Part shown: piece by piece, positions 26,338-35,398 of the stretch | How positions within the stretch are numbered: the first letter of the stretch is position 1 | How the letters are laid out: every line of letters begins with the position of its first letter | Assembly: GCA_046052145.1 (NCBI GenBank) | Contig: JBJOMW010000018.1 | Coordinates: forward strand, 974-64,973 | Source of the DNA: Pseudomonadota bacterium | GTDB lineage: Bacteria; Pseudomonadota; Alphaproteobacteria; Acetobacterales; Acetobacteraceae | Length of the DNA stretch: 64,000 nt | Direction of reading: 5' to 3' | Position numbers and translations under genes: made by a program | Notes under the pieces: model-generated | What the model was told of the DNA's origin: nothing | Seen by the model: the letters and a program-made list of their open reading frames with translations, nothing else | Databases searched by the model: none

Positions 26338-27962
26338 CAGGCCGCGCCGGCCGCGTGGCGCGCCGCGAGCCAGCCGAAGGTAAGCCCCCGCATCAAGGAA
26401 ATCCCGGCCTGGTACCCCGCGCCGGATTCGGTCGGCGCGGCGGCGTTGCCACAGGCGTAGAGCCCGTCGATCGGCCGCCCGCGCACATGCTGCACGCGGG
26501 AATCCGGATCGGTCAGCAGCCCCGCCGCCGAGATGCCGCCCAGGCGGATCCGTACCGCGCAGAAGGGCGGCTCGGCCAGCGTGCCAAGGTTGGGATGCGC
26601 CGCATGCGGATCGCCCGCGGTGGAGCGCGCGAAGGCGGAACTGCCGCGCCCATGCTCCGTATCCTCGCCGAGGGCCGCGCCCGCGTTGAAACGCGCGACC
26701 GTCGCAGCCAGCGCAGCGGGATCAAGGCTGAGCTTGCCGGCAAGCTCCTCCAAGCTGTCGGCGCGCAGCACCCAATCGGGCACCGGCGCGCCGGGCGGGC
26801 GGCGGGCGAAGCTGTAGCGCCGAAAATATTGCGCATCGAACAGCATCCAGGCCGGCAGGTTCGGATGTCGGTGCAGACCAAGATCGAAGCGCGTCAGCCC
26901 GGCCACGACGTGCTGAAACTGGCTCTCGTCGCAGAAGCGGCGCGCCTGGTCGTTCACCACGATGCTGTGCGGATAGGACAGGCCGCGCAGCCCTGCGCTG
27001 AAAAACACCTGCTCGCCAGGCTCATCCGGCGACGGGATCGCATAGCCGACCAGCATTGCGAGGTTGTTCGGCACCCGCCACACCGCCGCGCCGAGCTCGC
27101 TGCCCATCATCAGCCCGTCACCCTCGATGGCGCGAGGGAAGATGTTCATCCAGTCCGGCAATCCCTCGAACCGGTTCACCAGGTCGGGGCTGCCCTCGTA
27201 CCCGCCGGTGGCGAGCACAACGCCGCGTGTCGCACGGATGCGCAGGCTCTTGCCGTCGCGTGTGCCTTCGAGGCCAACGACACGGCCATCTTCCAGCAGC
27301 AGGCGCTCTGCGCGGACGCCGGTCAGGATGGGTACGCCCGCCTCCATCAAGCGGACCAGGAAGTGGCCGACCAGCGCTGGTCCAGCGGCGAGCAGGCGTT
27401 TCCGCTGCCGCGCCTTGATCTCCTCATCCGGCCAGCGCTGCCGCGCGCCGAGCCCACCCCAGGCAATCGCATCGCCCCAGCTTACCCCTGCCTCGTTATA
27501 GACGCCTTCCTCCAGCGCCTCGTCCCAGGGACCGAGCGCCTCGCGCGGCAATGGCGCGGCCTCCACCATGCGCCCATCGGCAACGGTGCCATCGGCCTGC
27601 GGATAGTAGTGGTCCGGCAGCCCGCGCAGCAGGCGGAAAGGCACGCCGGCAGCGGCGAAGTCGCGCAGCGCAGTGCGCGAGTTCAGAAGATAGGCCTCGA
27701 CCATCGGCGCCAGCGCGTAGCCGCCCGAGAGGAAACGCATGTAGCGCCGTGCGGCATCCAGTTCGTCCGAGAGCCCTGCCCCGGCCGCCAGGTGATTCGC
27801 CGGCACCCAGAGCCCGCCGAGCGAAGCTGCGGTGGCGCCGCCCAGCCGCGCCGACTTCTCCACCACCGCGACGCGCAGACCGCGCGCCACTGCGGCCAGG
27901 GCCGCGCCGCAGCCTGCGGCGCCGGTGCCGGCCACGACCAGATCGACTTCCATATCGGTCAT
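26337..27962 (-). CDS. FAD-dependent oxidoreductase (3-ketosteroid dehydrogenase / fumarate reductase flavoprotein-like)
   Basis: This is only the C-terminal 541 aa of track ORF 26337..30203. Start MTDMEVDLVVAGTGAAGCGAALAAV (GxGxxG) at 27962. Motifs: VVEKSARLGGATA, VVLATGGYEG, GLYACGNAA. Confidence 0.85.
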   Translation of the reverse strand: MTDMEVDLVVAGTGAAGCGAALAAVARGLRVAVVEKSARLGGATAASLGGLWVPANHLAAGAGLSDELDAARRYMRFLSGGYALAPMVEAYLLNSRTALRDFAAAGVPFRLLRGLPDHYYPQADGTVADGRMVEAAPLPREALGPWDEALEEGVYNEAGVSWGDAIAWGGLGARQRWPDEEIKARQRKRLLAAGPALVGHFLVRLMEAGVPILTGVRAERLLLEDGRVVGLEGTRDGKSLRIRATRGVVLATGGYEGSPDLVNRFEGLPDWMNIFPRAIEGDGLMMGSELGAAVWRVPNNLAMLVGYAIPSPDEPGEQVFFSAGLRGLSYPHSIVVNDQARRFCDESQFQHVVAGLTRFDLGLHRHPNLPAWMLFDAQYFRRYSFARRPPGAPVPDWVLRADSLEELAGKLSLDPAALAATVARFNAGAALGEDTEHGRGSSAFARSTAGDPHAAHPNLGTLAEPPFCAVRIRLGGISAAGLLTDPDSRVQHVRGRPIDGLYACGNAAAPTESGAGYQAGISLMRGLTFGWLAARHAAGAA

Positions 27963-28016
27963 GCCGGATGCTCCGCGCAGCTGCTGCGTCACCAGCAAGT
28001 CTTGACGTGCCCCGGT

Positions 28017-28029
28017 GCCTTGGCAAGGC
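28017..28029. promoter_or_regulatory. 13-bp palindrome in the 93-bp divergent intergenic region (candidate operator)
   Basis: GCCTTGGCAAGGC (6-bp arms), nested between TGACG and CGTCA half-sites and next to a TTGACG hexamer. Confidence 0.3.
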
Positions 28030-28055
28030 TCGTCAGCGTCCAGGAAGAAGAAGCC

Positions 28056-30086
28056 ATGCCCGACGCGACCATGAACCGTTACCCGACGCTGTTCAGTCCG
28101 ATCCGGCTCGGCCCGAAGACCGCACGCAACCGGACATGGATGAGCGCGCATGCGACGCTGCTGGTGAAGGACCACGTCTTCACCGAAGAGCATGTCGCCT
28201 ACTACGCCGAACGCGCGAAACATGGCGTCGCGGTCATCACCATGGAATGCATGGCGGTGCACGAGACGTCGCTGCCCTATCGCGGCAAGGCGCTGTCCTT
28301 CGATCCGCGCATGGTGCCGCAATATGCGAAGATCGCCGAGGCCGTACACGCGCACGGCACGTTGCTGCTGGCCCAGCCCTGGCATCGCGGGCGGGAGACG
28401 AATTCGGTCGCCTCCGGCGCACCAGTCTGGGCGCCCTCGGCCGTGCCATGCGCTGTTTACCGCGAGATGCCGCATGTGATGACGAGCGAGGACATCGACG
28501 CGATCCGCGAAGGCTACCGGCTGACCGCGCGGCATGCGCGCAGCGGCGGCCTCGATGGCGTCGAGGTGCACTCGATGGCGCATGGCTACCTGCTGAACCA
28601 GTTCCTCTCGCCCGCCACCAACCATCGTACCGATGCCTTTGGCGGCAGCCTGGAGAACCGGCTGCGTCTGGTTATGGAAATCATCCAGGCCACGCGGGAG
28701 GAATGCGGCCCCGACATGATCGTGGGCGCGCGCATCAACTCGGATGACGGGCATGAAGGCGGGCTGCGGCCGGAGGATTGGGCCGAGGTCGCCGCGCGCA
28801 TGACCGCGTCCGGCCTGCTGGACTACGTCTCCTGCAGCCATGGCACCTATCTCAACCGGATGCTGATCTACCCGACCTCCCCCCAAAGCCACGGCTACCA
28901 GATGGCAGCGACGCGGCAGGTGCGGCAGGCGGTGGCATCGGGCGCGCATCCGGTGCCGGTGGTCGGCGTCGGGCGCATCGTGACGCCGGCCGAGGCCGAG
29001 CGGCACCTGGCGGCCGGCGATTGCGACTTTGTCGCCATGGCGCGCGCACTCATCGCCGATCCCGAATGGGTCGCCAAGGCCGCCCGCGACGAGGGCGGTG
29101 AGATCCGGCCCTGCGTCGGGGCGAATTGGTGCATGTCCTCGATCTTCGCCCAGGCGCCCATCGCCTGCATCCACAACCCTGCCGCCGGAAACGAGCGAGA
29201 ATTCGGTGCCGGCACACTGAAGCGCGTGGCGCGCGCGCGGAAGGTTGCTGTGGTTGGCGGTGGCCCCGGTGGGATGCGGGCCGCGCTCACTGCGGCGCAG
29301 CGCGGCCACGCCGTCACACTGTTCGAGCGTGGGCATGAGTTGGGCGGGCAGATCCGCCTTTGGTCGCGCGCGCCGTCGCGCACCGAGCTGCTCGGCATAG
29401 CCGATTGGCTGGAGCGGCAGGTGGTGAAGGCGGGCGTCGATATCCGCCTGCAGACCTTGGCGACGGAGGAGATGCTGCTGGCCGACGGCTATGAGGCGGT
29501 GGTGGTCGCCACCGGCTCCACGGGCTTGCGCCACGGCTGGACGCCGCTCCGACCAGATAAGTGGAACGGCGCCCCGGTGCCCGGCACGGGGCAGGCGAAC
29601 GTACTGTCCTACATGGAGGCGCTGCGGGAAGGCGTTGCGCCAGGCGCGCGGGCACTCGTCTATGACGGGCTGGGCGGGCGGCAGGCGGTCGTCGTGGCCG
29701 AGTATCTCGCGGCTCAGGGCGCGCAAGTCGAGTTCGTGACCTGGCTCGGTCAGGCCGCACCCGATCTCGCGGCGAGCCGCGACTGGGGCAAGACCTACGG
29801 CATGCTGCGCCGGATGGGAGTGCACTTCTCCACCGACCTTGAACTCGTCGCGATCGAGGGCGACAGCGTTCTGCTGCGCGACATCCACACTTCGGAGCCG
29901 CAGGCGCGGCGAGGCATCGACACCATTGTGCTCGCACTTGGCGCGGAGGCGCAGGACGGCCTCTTCCATGCGCTCGCGCCACGCCGTGCACAGGGCCTGT
30001 CGCTGCACCTCATCGGCGATGCACTGGCTCCCCGTCGGGCAGACGCCGCAATCCGCGAAGGCGAGATCGCGGCACGGGCAGTATGA
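28056..30086 (+). CDS. Old-yellow-enzyme / 2,4-dienoyl-CoA reductase (FadH)-like NADH:flavin oxidoreductase with C-terminal FAD/NAD(P)-binding domain
   Basis: This is only the last 676 aa of track ORF 25683..30086. Start MPDATMNRYPTLFSPIRLGP at 28056. Motifs: GLDGVEVHSMAHGYLLNQFLSPATNHRTDAFGGSLENR (OYE signature), IRPCVGANWC (Fe-S ligand region), VAVVGGGPGG. Confidence 0.85.
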   Translation: MPDATMNRYPTLFSPIRLGPKTARNRTWMSAHATLLVKDHVFTEEHVAYYAERAKHGVAVITMECMAVHETSLPYRGKALSFDPRMVPQYAKIAEAVHAHGTLLLAQPWHRGRETNSVASGAPVWAPSAVPCAVYREMPHVMTSEDIDAIREGYRLTARHARSGGLDGVEVHSMAHGYLLNQFLSPATNHRTDAFGGSLENRLRLVMEIIQATREECGPDMIVGARINSDDGHEGGLRPEDWAEVAARMTASGLLDYVSCSHGTYLNRMLIYPTSPQSHGYQMAATRQVRQAVASGAHPVPVVGVGRIVTPAEAERHLAAGDCDFVAMARALIADPEWVAKAARDEGGEIRPCVGANWCMSSIFAQAPIACIHNPAAGNEREFGAGTLKRVARARKVAVVGGGPGGMRAALTAAQRGHAVTLFERGHELGGQIRLWSRAPSRTELLGIADWLERQVVKAGVDIRLQTLATEEMLLADGYEAVVVATGSTGLRHGWTPLRPDKWNGAPVPGTGQANVLSYMEALREGVAPGARALVYDGLGGRQAVVVAEYLAAQGAQVEFVTWLGQAAPDLAASRDWGKTYGMLRRMGVHFSTDLELVAIEGDSVLLRDIHTSEPQARRGIDTIVLALGAEAQDGLFHALAPRRAQGLSLHLIGDALAPRRADAAIREGEIAARAV

Positions 30087-30090
30087 TGCG

Positions 30091-30109
30091 GGGTGGCGCT
30101 GCCACACCC
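30091..30109 (+). terminator. Weak terminator-like hairpin after the OYE-like gene
   Basis: GGGTGGC gct GCCAC(A)CCC. It has one bulge and only a weak T-tail. Confidence 0.3.
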
Positions 30110-30338
30110 TATCTCGCCTTGTAGCTGGCGCGGGCGCAGGCGCGGTGTCTTGGCATCTCCGCAGCAGTGCGGGAAGCAGCGCGTTTGCCTCGCCCCGGTC
30201 CATTCAGCCCAGGAGTAGGCGCGGCTGCGATGGCCCAGCGAGATTCGGCATGGCCCACCGAAAGGGGCTGGTCAAAGTGGCTTGGCGGCACTGGCCAATG
30301 CAGAGCAGCATGGCAGCTTGCAAGGAGGCGACGACGGG

Positions 30339-31505
30339 GTGGGCACGCTCTCTGAATTCCTAGGCTATCCGCGGACGGATGGCTGTGCCGGCACACGGAA
30401 CCGGCTCCTCGTCCTTTCCATCCTCGGCCTCACCAGCGCGGCCGCGCAACGCATCGCGCGCCAAGTGCCTGGGGCATTGTTGGTTGCGCTGCCCTATGGC
30501 CGCGGCCAGTTTGGCGAAGACCGCGCCATGACACGGCGCATGCTCATCGGCCTTGGGTGCAACCCGAATGCCGGGGCGGTGCTGCTGGTCGGGGCCGATC
30601 GGCAACGCCTGGACATCGTCGCGGAGGGCATCGCGGCCTCCGGCAAGCGTGTCGAGGCCATTGCGCTGGACGAGGTCCACGAGGACAGCTTGGCACTGTC
30701 CGACCGCGGTGTGCGGCTGGCGGCGGCGTTGGCGCGCGACATGTCACGCGCACGACGAGTGCCGCTGCCGGCCTCGCTGCTCCGCCTCGGTACGGAATGC
30801 GGCCATTCTGACGCGACCAGCGGCCTGGGGGCAAACCCGCTCGCGGGCCTCGTCGCGGATCGGCTTGTGGATGCCGGCGGCGCGGCGGTGTTCGGTGAGA
30901 CCATGGAGTGGCTTGGCGCAGAGCATGTGCTGGCCGCCCGGGCTGAGACGCCGGAGGTTGGCCGCGCCATCGTGGATGCCGTTGCGCAGCGGGAGCGCTG
31001 GGCGGCCGCCACAGGCGAAGACCTGACAGGCAATAACCCAGGTGCGGAGAACATCCGCGGCGGCCTTTCGTCCATCGAGGAGAAGTCTCTTGGCGCCATC
31101 GCCAAGGGTGGCTCACGGCCGGTGCGGGGCGTGCTGCCGCATGCCGCGCCGATTCCAGGGCCGGGGCTGTGGGTGATGGAGGGGCCGTCCTTCTCGCCGC
31201 CTTCCGTCACGGGCTTCGTGGCCGCGGGCTGCAACATGACGATGTTCACGACAGGGCCAGGCAATTCCTATTGCGATGCTCTTGCGCCGACGGTGAAGGT
31301 AACGGTCAATCCGAAGACCGCTGAGCGGCTGCACCACCAGATCGATTTCGACGGATCCGGCCTCATGCGCGGTACGCGCGAGCCGGAGGACGCTGCGGAT
31401 GCGCTCTTCACGCAGCTGCTTGATCACGCCAGCGGCACGCGGACCTGGGGTGAAGTATTGGACGAGGGCGGCTACGCCTTCGCGCGGCTCGGGGCGGATT
31501 TCTGA
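30339..31505 (+). CDS. UxaA-family dehydratase/lyase, large (catalytic C-terminal-domain) subunit
   Basis: GYPRTDGCAGTRN, GCNPNAGAVLLVG, ECGHSDATSG, NPGAENIRGGLSSIEEKSLGAI. The GTG at 30339 is preceded by AAGGAGG (track start 30282). Confidence 0.8.
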   Translation: MGTLSEFLGYPRTDGCAGTRNRLLVLSILGLTSAAAQRIARQVPGALLVALPYGRGQFGEDRAMTRRMLIGLGCNPNAGAVLLVGADRQRLDIVAEGIAASGKRVEAIALDEVHEDSLALSDRGVRLAAALARDMSRARRVPLPASLLRLGTECGHSDATSGLGANPLAGLVADRLVDAGGAAVFGETMEWLGAEHVLAARAETPEVGRAIVDAVAQRERWAAATGEDLTGNNPGAENIRGGLSSIEEKSLGAIAKGGSRPVRGVLPHAAPIPGPGLWVMEGPSFSPPSVTGFVAAGCNMTMFTTGPGNSYCDALAPTVKVTVNPKTAERLHHQIDFDGSGLMRGTREPEDAADALFTQLLDHASGTRTWGEVLDEGGYAFARLGADF

Positions 31506-31807
31506 TGGCGATGCGCTGGGACCTGCTGGTGCTCCACCCGGAGGATGACGTCGCCGTCGCGCTACGCGACCTGGAGGCAGGGGAGGCGATCGCCCGCTCC
31601 GGCGAGGCGCTTGCGCCGCTCCAGCTCTGCGCGCCGGTACCGCTCGGCCACAAGGTGGCGCGCCGCGCGATCGCGCCAGGCGAGCATGTTCGCAAGTACG
31701 GCGCAGTAATCGGCGAAGCGACGGCAGTGATTGCCGCTGGAGCGCATCTGCACGTTCACAACATGCGCAGCCTACGAGCGCGCAGGAGGGAGGAGGAACA
31801 ACGATGA
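31505..31807 (+). CDS. UxaA-family small subunit (SAF-domain N-terminal module)
   Basis: 100 aa. VLHPEDDVAVALRDLEAGE...PVPLGHKVARRAIAPGEHVRKYG..IGEAT..I..G.HLHVHN resembles the SAF/N-terminal part of altronate or galactarate dehydratases. Start overlaps the stop of the large subunit. Confidence 0.75.
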   Translation: MAMRWDLLVLHPEDDVAVALRDLEAGEAIARSGEALAPLQLCAPVPLGHKVARRAIAPGEHVRKYGAVIGEATAVIAAGAHLHVHNMRSLRARRREEEQR

Positions 31808-32787
31808 ACCGCGCAGCACTTTCCCGCCGTGCCGTGCTGGCCACCTCGCTCGGTATACCCGCGGTGGCGATGGCGCAGCCACGCTTCCCGGACCGGCCAA
31901 TCCGGCTGATCATCCCCTTCGCCCCGGGCGGCGGCACGGATACCACAGCCCGGATCGTCGCGCAGGCGCTGTCCGAGCGGCTCGGCCAGTCCGTCGTGGC
32001 GGAAAACCGGGCTGGCGCGGGTGGTGCGATCGGGATGGCGGCTGCCGCACAGGCGCCGGCCGATGGCTACACGCTGGTCATGGGCCATGTTGCGACACAT
32101 GTCGTGAACATGGCGGTGCACCGCAGCCCTGGCTACGATACGGCGCGGGACTTCGTCGCACTCGGTATCACCTCCACGGCGGCGAACATCCTGGTGGTGA
32201 ACCCACAGCGCCAGAATGGCATCCGCACCGCGGCAGATTTCGTTGCAGCCTGCCGCGCCAGGCCCGGCGAACTCAGCTACGGCAGCGCCGGCGTCGGTTC
32301 CCCGGCGCACATCACCACCGCGCTCTTTCTCCGCACGGCAGGGATTGAGGCGCAGCACGTGCCTTATCGTGGCGGCGCCCCGGCGACGACGGATCTGGTT
32401 GCCGGCAACCTCGACTTCATGTTCTCCGGGGCGTCGGACTGCATTCCGCACATTCATGCCGGGCGGCTGCGCGGCGTCGCCTCGGCCAGTGCGCGTCGGC
32501 TCTCTGGCGCGCCGGAGATCCCGACCATCGCTGAAAGCGGCTGGCCTGACTTCGCTTTCGAGATCTGGCACGTGCTCTCCGCCCGTGTCGGTACGCCCGC
32601 GCCGGTGCTGGCGCGCCTGCAGGAGGCGACCGCCGCAGCGCTCAGCGACCCCACCGTGATGAACCGGATCGCAGCGATGGGTGTCGATGCGACGCCGACG
32701 CTCGGGGACGCCGCACAGGCCCGCGTGACGGGCGAACTGGCGCGGTGGGTCCCCATGATCCGTGCTGCTGGCATCACTGCAGAGTAA
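31804..32787 (+). CDS. Bug/TctC-family substrate-binding protein
   Basis: 327 aa. ATGA overlap with the upstream gene. Motifs: FPDRPIRLIIPFAPGGGTDTTAR, ENRAGAGGAIG, PADGYTLVMG, HVPYRGGAPA. Confidence 0.9.
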   Translation: MNRAALSRRAVLATSLGIPAVAMAQPRFPDRPIRLIIPFAPGGGTDTTARIVAQALSERLGQSVVAENRAGAGGAIGMAAAAQAPADGYTLVMGHVATHVVNMAVHRSPGYDTARDFVALGITSTAANILVVNPQRQNGIRTAADFVAACRARPGELSYGSAGVGSPAHITTALFLRTAGIEAQHVPYRGGAPATTDLVAGNLDFMFSGASDCIPHIHAGRLRGVASASARRLSGAPEIPTIAESGWPDFAFEIWHVLSARVGTPAPVLARLQEATAAALSDPTVMNRIAAMGVDATPTLGDAAQARVTGELARWVPMIRAAGITAE

Positions 32788-32793
32788 CCGCGG

Positions 32794-33816
32794 ATGGCGG
32801 CCGCTTGGCGCGTTCAGCGGATCGGCCCGATCATTCGACCGCACATGGACGGTCGCATGGGGGCGAACGTCCAGGGACCCTCGATGATCCGCGTGCCGGA
32901 CTGGGTGGAGGGGCGCCTTGGCCGCTATTACCTCTACTTCGCCGACCACAAGGGATCGTACATCCGGCTCGCGGTGGCCGATGCGCCGGAGGGGCCGTGG
33001 CAGATCTACGAGCCCGGCAGCCTGCAGTTAGCCGATAGCTTGTTCCCGGCGACGACGCTGGCCGAGCCCGAAGCAAAAGTCGGGCATGACGTGCTGCCAG
33101 GTCGCGCGCCGCCCGGCACACTAGGCGTACCGCCGCCAGAGATCGACGCACGCTACCCCCACATCGCGTCGCCCGACGTGCATGTGGACGAGGCGAACCG
33201 GCGGATCGTGATGTTCTTCCACGGGCTGGTGGATTGGGGGATGCAGCGCACGCGTGCCGCGCTCTCGACAGATGGCATTGCTTTCCAGCCCCTGCCTGAG
33301 TTGCTCGGCCCCTCGTACTTCCGGGTCTTCCGCCATGCCGGCGCCACCTATGCGCTGGTTATGCCCGGCATCCTGTTCCGCTCCGTCGACGGCCTGACAG
33401 GCTTTGAGCGTGGGCAGGTGCTTTTCCCCGGCGGGTTGCAGCGCCACACGGCGCTGCTGCTGCGCGACGGCGTACTGCACGTCTTCTGGACCCGCGTCGG
33501 CGACGCGCCAGAGAGCATCCTGCATTCACGCGTCCCGCTGCGCGGCGACTGGCGGGATTGGCGCCCGGACGGCGAGCCTGAGGTGCTGCTTCGGCCAGAG
33601 ATGCCGTGGGAGGGCGGCGACCTGCCCACCGCGCCTTCCTTCCGCGGGGCGGTGAACATCCCCGTGCGCCAGCTGCGCGATCCTTGCATCTTCGAAGAGG
33701 ACGGCCGGGTGCTTCTGCTCTACGCGATTCAGGGTGAGGCCGGCATCGCGCTAGCAGAACTGCGTTTAGATCGGTGTGGAACAAGGACCCCGTTGAGGAT
33801 GACCTGCCCCCCCTAG
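32794..33816 (+). CDS. Hypothetical protein, glycoside-hydrolase-like five-bladed beta-propeller (GH43/32 clan-like), no signal peptide
   Basis: 340 aa. GPSMIRVPDW..GRYYLYFADHKGSYIRLAVADAPEGPW and RDPCIFEEDGRVLLLYAIQGEAGIALAEL resemble propeller-blade motifs of that clan. The stop codon TAG (33814-33816) is the first 3 nt of the IS630-type inverted repeat. Confidence 0.5.
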   Translation: MAAAWRVQRIGPIIRPHMDGRMGANVQGPSMIRVPDWVEGRLGRYYLYFADHKGSYIRLAVADAPEGPWQIYEPGSLQLADSLFPATTLAEPEAKVGHDVLPGRAPPGTLGVPPPEIDARYPHIASPDVHVDEANRRIVMFFHGLVDWGMQRTRAALSTDGIAFQPLPELLGPSYFRVFRHAGATYALVMPGILFRSVDGLTGFERGQVLFPGGLQRHTALLLRDGVLHVFWTRVGDAPESILHSRVPLRGDWRDWRPDGEPEVLLRPEMPWEGGDLPTAPSFRGAVNIPVRQLRDPCIFEEDGRVLLLYAIQGEAGIALAELRLDRCGTRTPLRMTCPP

Positions 33817-34452
33817 AGCGATTTTCGATCTGATTGAATCGGAGGGGGATGCAGCGACGCGGGGCTGATCTGATTCAAGCTGTCTGTCGGCGAGGAGGCC
33901 GGCAGACATGTCCAAGGCGCTATCGGTCGATCTGCGGGGGAGAGCGGTGGCGGCGGAGGCAGCGGGGGCATCCTGCCGTGCTGCGGCGGCGTGGTTCGGG
34001 GTCAGCGCGTCGAGCGCGATCCGCTGGTGCGTCCAACTACGCAAGGTGGGAATCGTCGCGCCTGGCCCACTCGGTAGCGATCGCCGGTCAGCACGCATCG
34101 AGGCTCATGCGCCGATGATCCTCGACCTCATCGAGCAGAGGTCGGACATCACGCTGGCCGAGATCCTGGCGGAGCTGGCCAGGGCCGGCGTGCCAGCGAG
34201 CATCGCGACAATCTTGCGGTTCTTCGAGCTGCGGGCCCGAGCCTGCTCTACGTCCCTCCCGACAGCCCCGAGCTCAATCCGTTCGGGAACGCCTTCGCCA
34301 AGCCGAAGGCCATGCTGCGCAAGGCTGTCGCGCGCACGATCGAGGACCTCAGGAATACCATCGGCTGCATCGTCGACGCCTTAACGCCCGACGAGTGCGC
34401 CAACTGCTTCGCCGCCCCCGGCTGTGACCCAGATTGATCGAAAATCGCTCTA
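33814..34452 (+). mobile_element. Internally deleted IS630-family element (639 bp) with perfect 17-bp terminal inverted repeats
   Basis: Left end is TAGAGCGATTTTCGATC (33814-33830). Right end is GATCGAAAATCGCTCTA (34436-34452). TA lies at both junctions, as expected for IS630/Tc1-mariner-type insertion. Confidence 0.85.
33908..34437 (+). pseudogene. IS630-family transposase, central DDE region deleted and frame-shifted
   Basis: N-terminal part: MSKALSVDLRGRAVAAEAAG...SSAIRWCVQLRKVG...RRSARIEAHAPMILDLIEQRSDITLAEILAELA...ILRFFE. After a junction near 34226-34240, another frame reads LLYVPPDSPELNPFGNAFAKPKAMLRKAVARTIEDLRNTIG..VDALTPDECANCFAAPGCDPD. Both are canonical IS630 termini. Confidence 0.85.
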
Positions 34453-34554
34453 TTTCTTGGGAGTAGGACCAGTAACGCGGGCCGCGTCATCCCGAAGGCG
34501 CACTGTCCGTACGACGCCCTTCGGGCCGCGGGCTGGAACTTCGTGCGGTTGGTA

Positions 34555-35385
34555 TCAGACCGGCCCGCCATCGCCTGCTGAACGCACCTGCAACTGCGCA
34601 CGCATCCAGGCAATACCGCCTGCGATCAGGCCGCCATCCACGGCGATCTCCGCCCCGGTCACGAAGGACGCTTGGTCCGAGGCGAGGAATAGCACGACCT
34701 CCGCCACTTCTTCCGGCGCGGCGGGGCGGCCCATCGGGATCGCGGCGCGGTTCGCCGCCAAGTGGCCGGGCGGGCCGGCCGCAGTCAGGGGCGTGTCGAT
34801 CGTCGCCGGGCAGACCGCGTTCACCCTGATGCCGCGGCCCACGAATTCCAGCGCCGCCGCGCGCGTAAGGCCGCGAAGGCCCCATTTGGAGGCCGTGTAG
34901 GCCGCGTCGCCATGCGCCGTCAGGCCGGCGGTCGAGGCGATATTGACCACAGCTCCGCAGCTTCGCGCCGCCAGCAGCGGCGCAAAGGCACGCAAGCCGA
35001 GGAAGGCGCCGGTCAGGTTCACATCGAGCATGCGGCGCCACCCGTCCGGCGTCTGCGTGGCGATGCCGCGGCGCATGATCATCCCGGCATTGTTCACCAG
35101 CACATCGAGCCGGCCGAAGACCTGCTGGACCCGCTCCACAGCCGCCGCCCAGCCTGGCTCCTCGGCGACATCTAGGGCCAGCGGCAGCGCCAAGCCGCCA
35201 GCGGCGCCGATGGCCGACGCAACCGCCTCGGCCGCCGCCGGATTCAGGTCGGTGACGACCACGGCAGCGCCTTCCTCGGCGAAGCGCTGCGCCAGCGCCG
35301 CGCCAAGGCCGCTGCCGCCCCCGGTCACCAGGGCGACGCGCCCGGCGAAGCGGTGCGCGCCTGGCGCACCGCCCCCACCGGTCAC
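34555..35385 (-). CDS. SDR-family oxidoreductase
   Basis: 276 aa. GRVALVTGGGSGLGAALA, NNAG, YTASKWG (YxxxK). The GTG start is uncertain. Confidence 0.85.
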   Translation of the reverse strand: MTGGGGAPGAHRFAGRVALVTGGGSGLGAALAQRFAEEGAAVVVTDLNPAAAEAVASAIGAAGGLALPLALDVAEEPGWAAAVERVQQVFGRLDVLVNNAGMIMRRGIATQTPDGWRRMLDVNLTGAFLGLRAFAPLLAARSCGAVVNIASTAGLTAHGDAAYTASKWGLRGLTRAAALEFVGRGIRVNAVCPATIDTPLTAAGPPGHLAANRAAIPMGRPAAPEEVAEVVLFLASDQASFVTGAEIAVDGGLIAGGIAWMRAQLQVRSAGDGGPV

Positions 35386-35398
35386 CTCCCCGACGGGC

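Noticed and set aside
25683-28055. N-terminal ~790 aa of the 1467-aa track ORF 25683..30086
   Set aside because: Only the part from the ATG at 28056 shows OYE/FadH motifs. The upstream part is antisense to the alpha/beta hydrolase and the FAD dehydrogenase, and is Arg/Pro/Ala-rich.
27963-30203. N-terminal ~750 aa of the 1288-aa track ORF 26337..30203
   Set aside because: It is antisense to the OYE-like gene. The credible protein starts at MTDMEVDLVVAGTGAAG (27962), which carries the dinucleotide-binding motif expected at an N-terminus.
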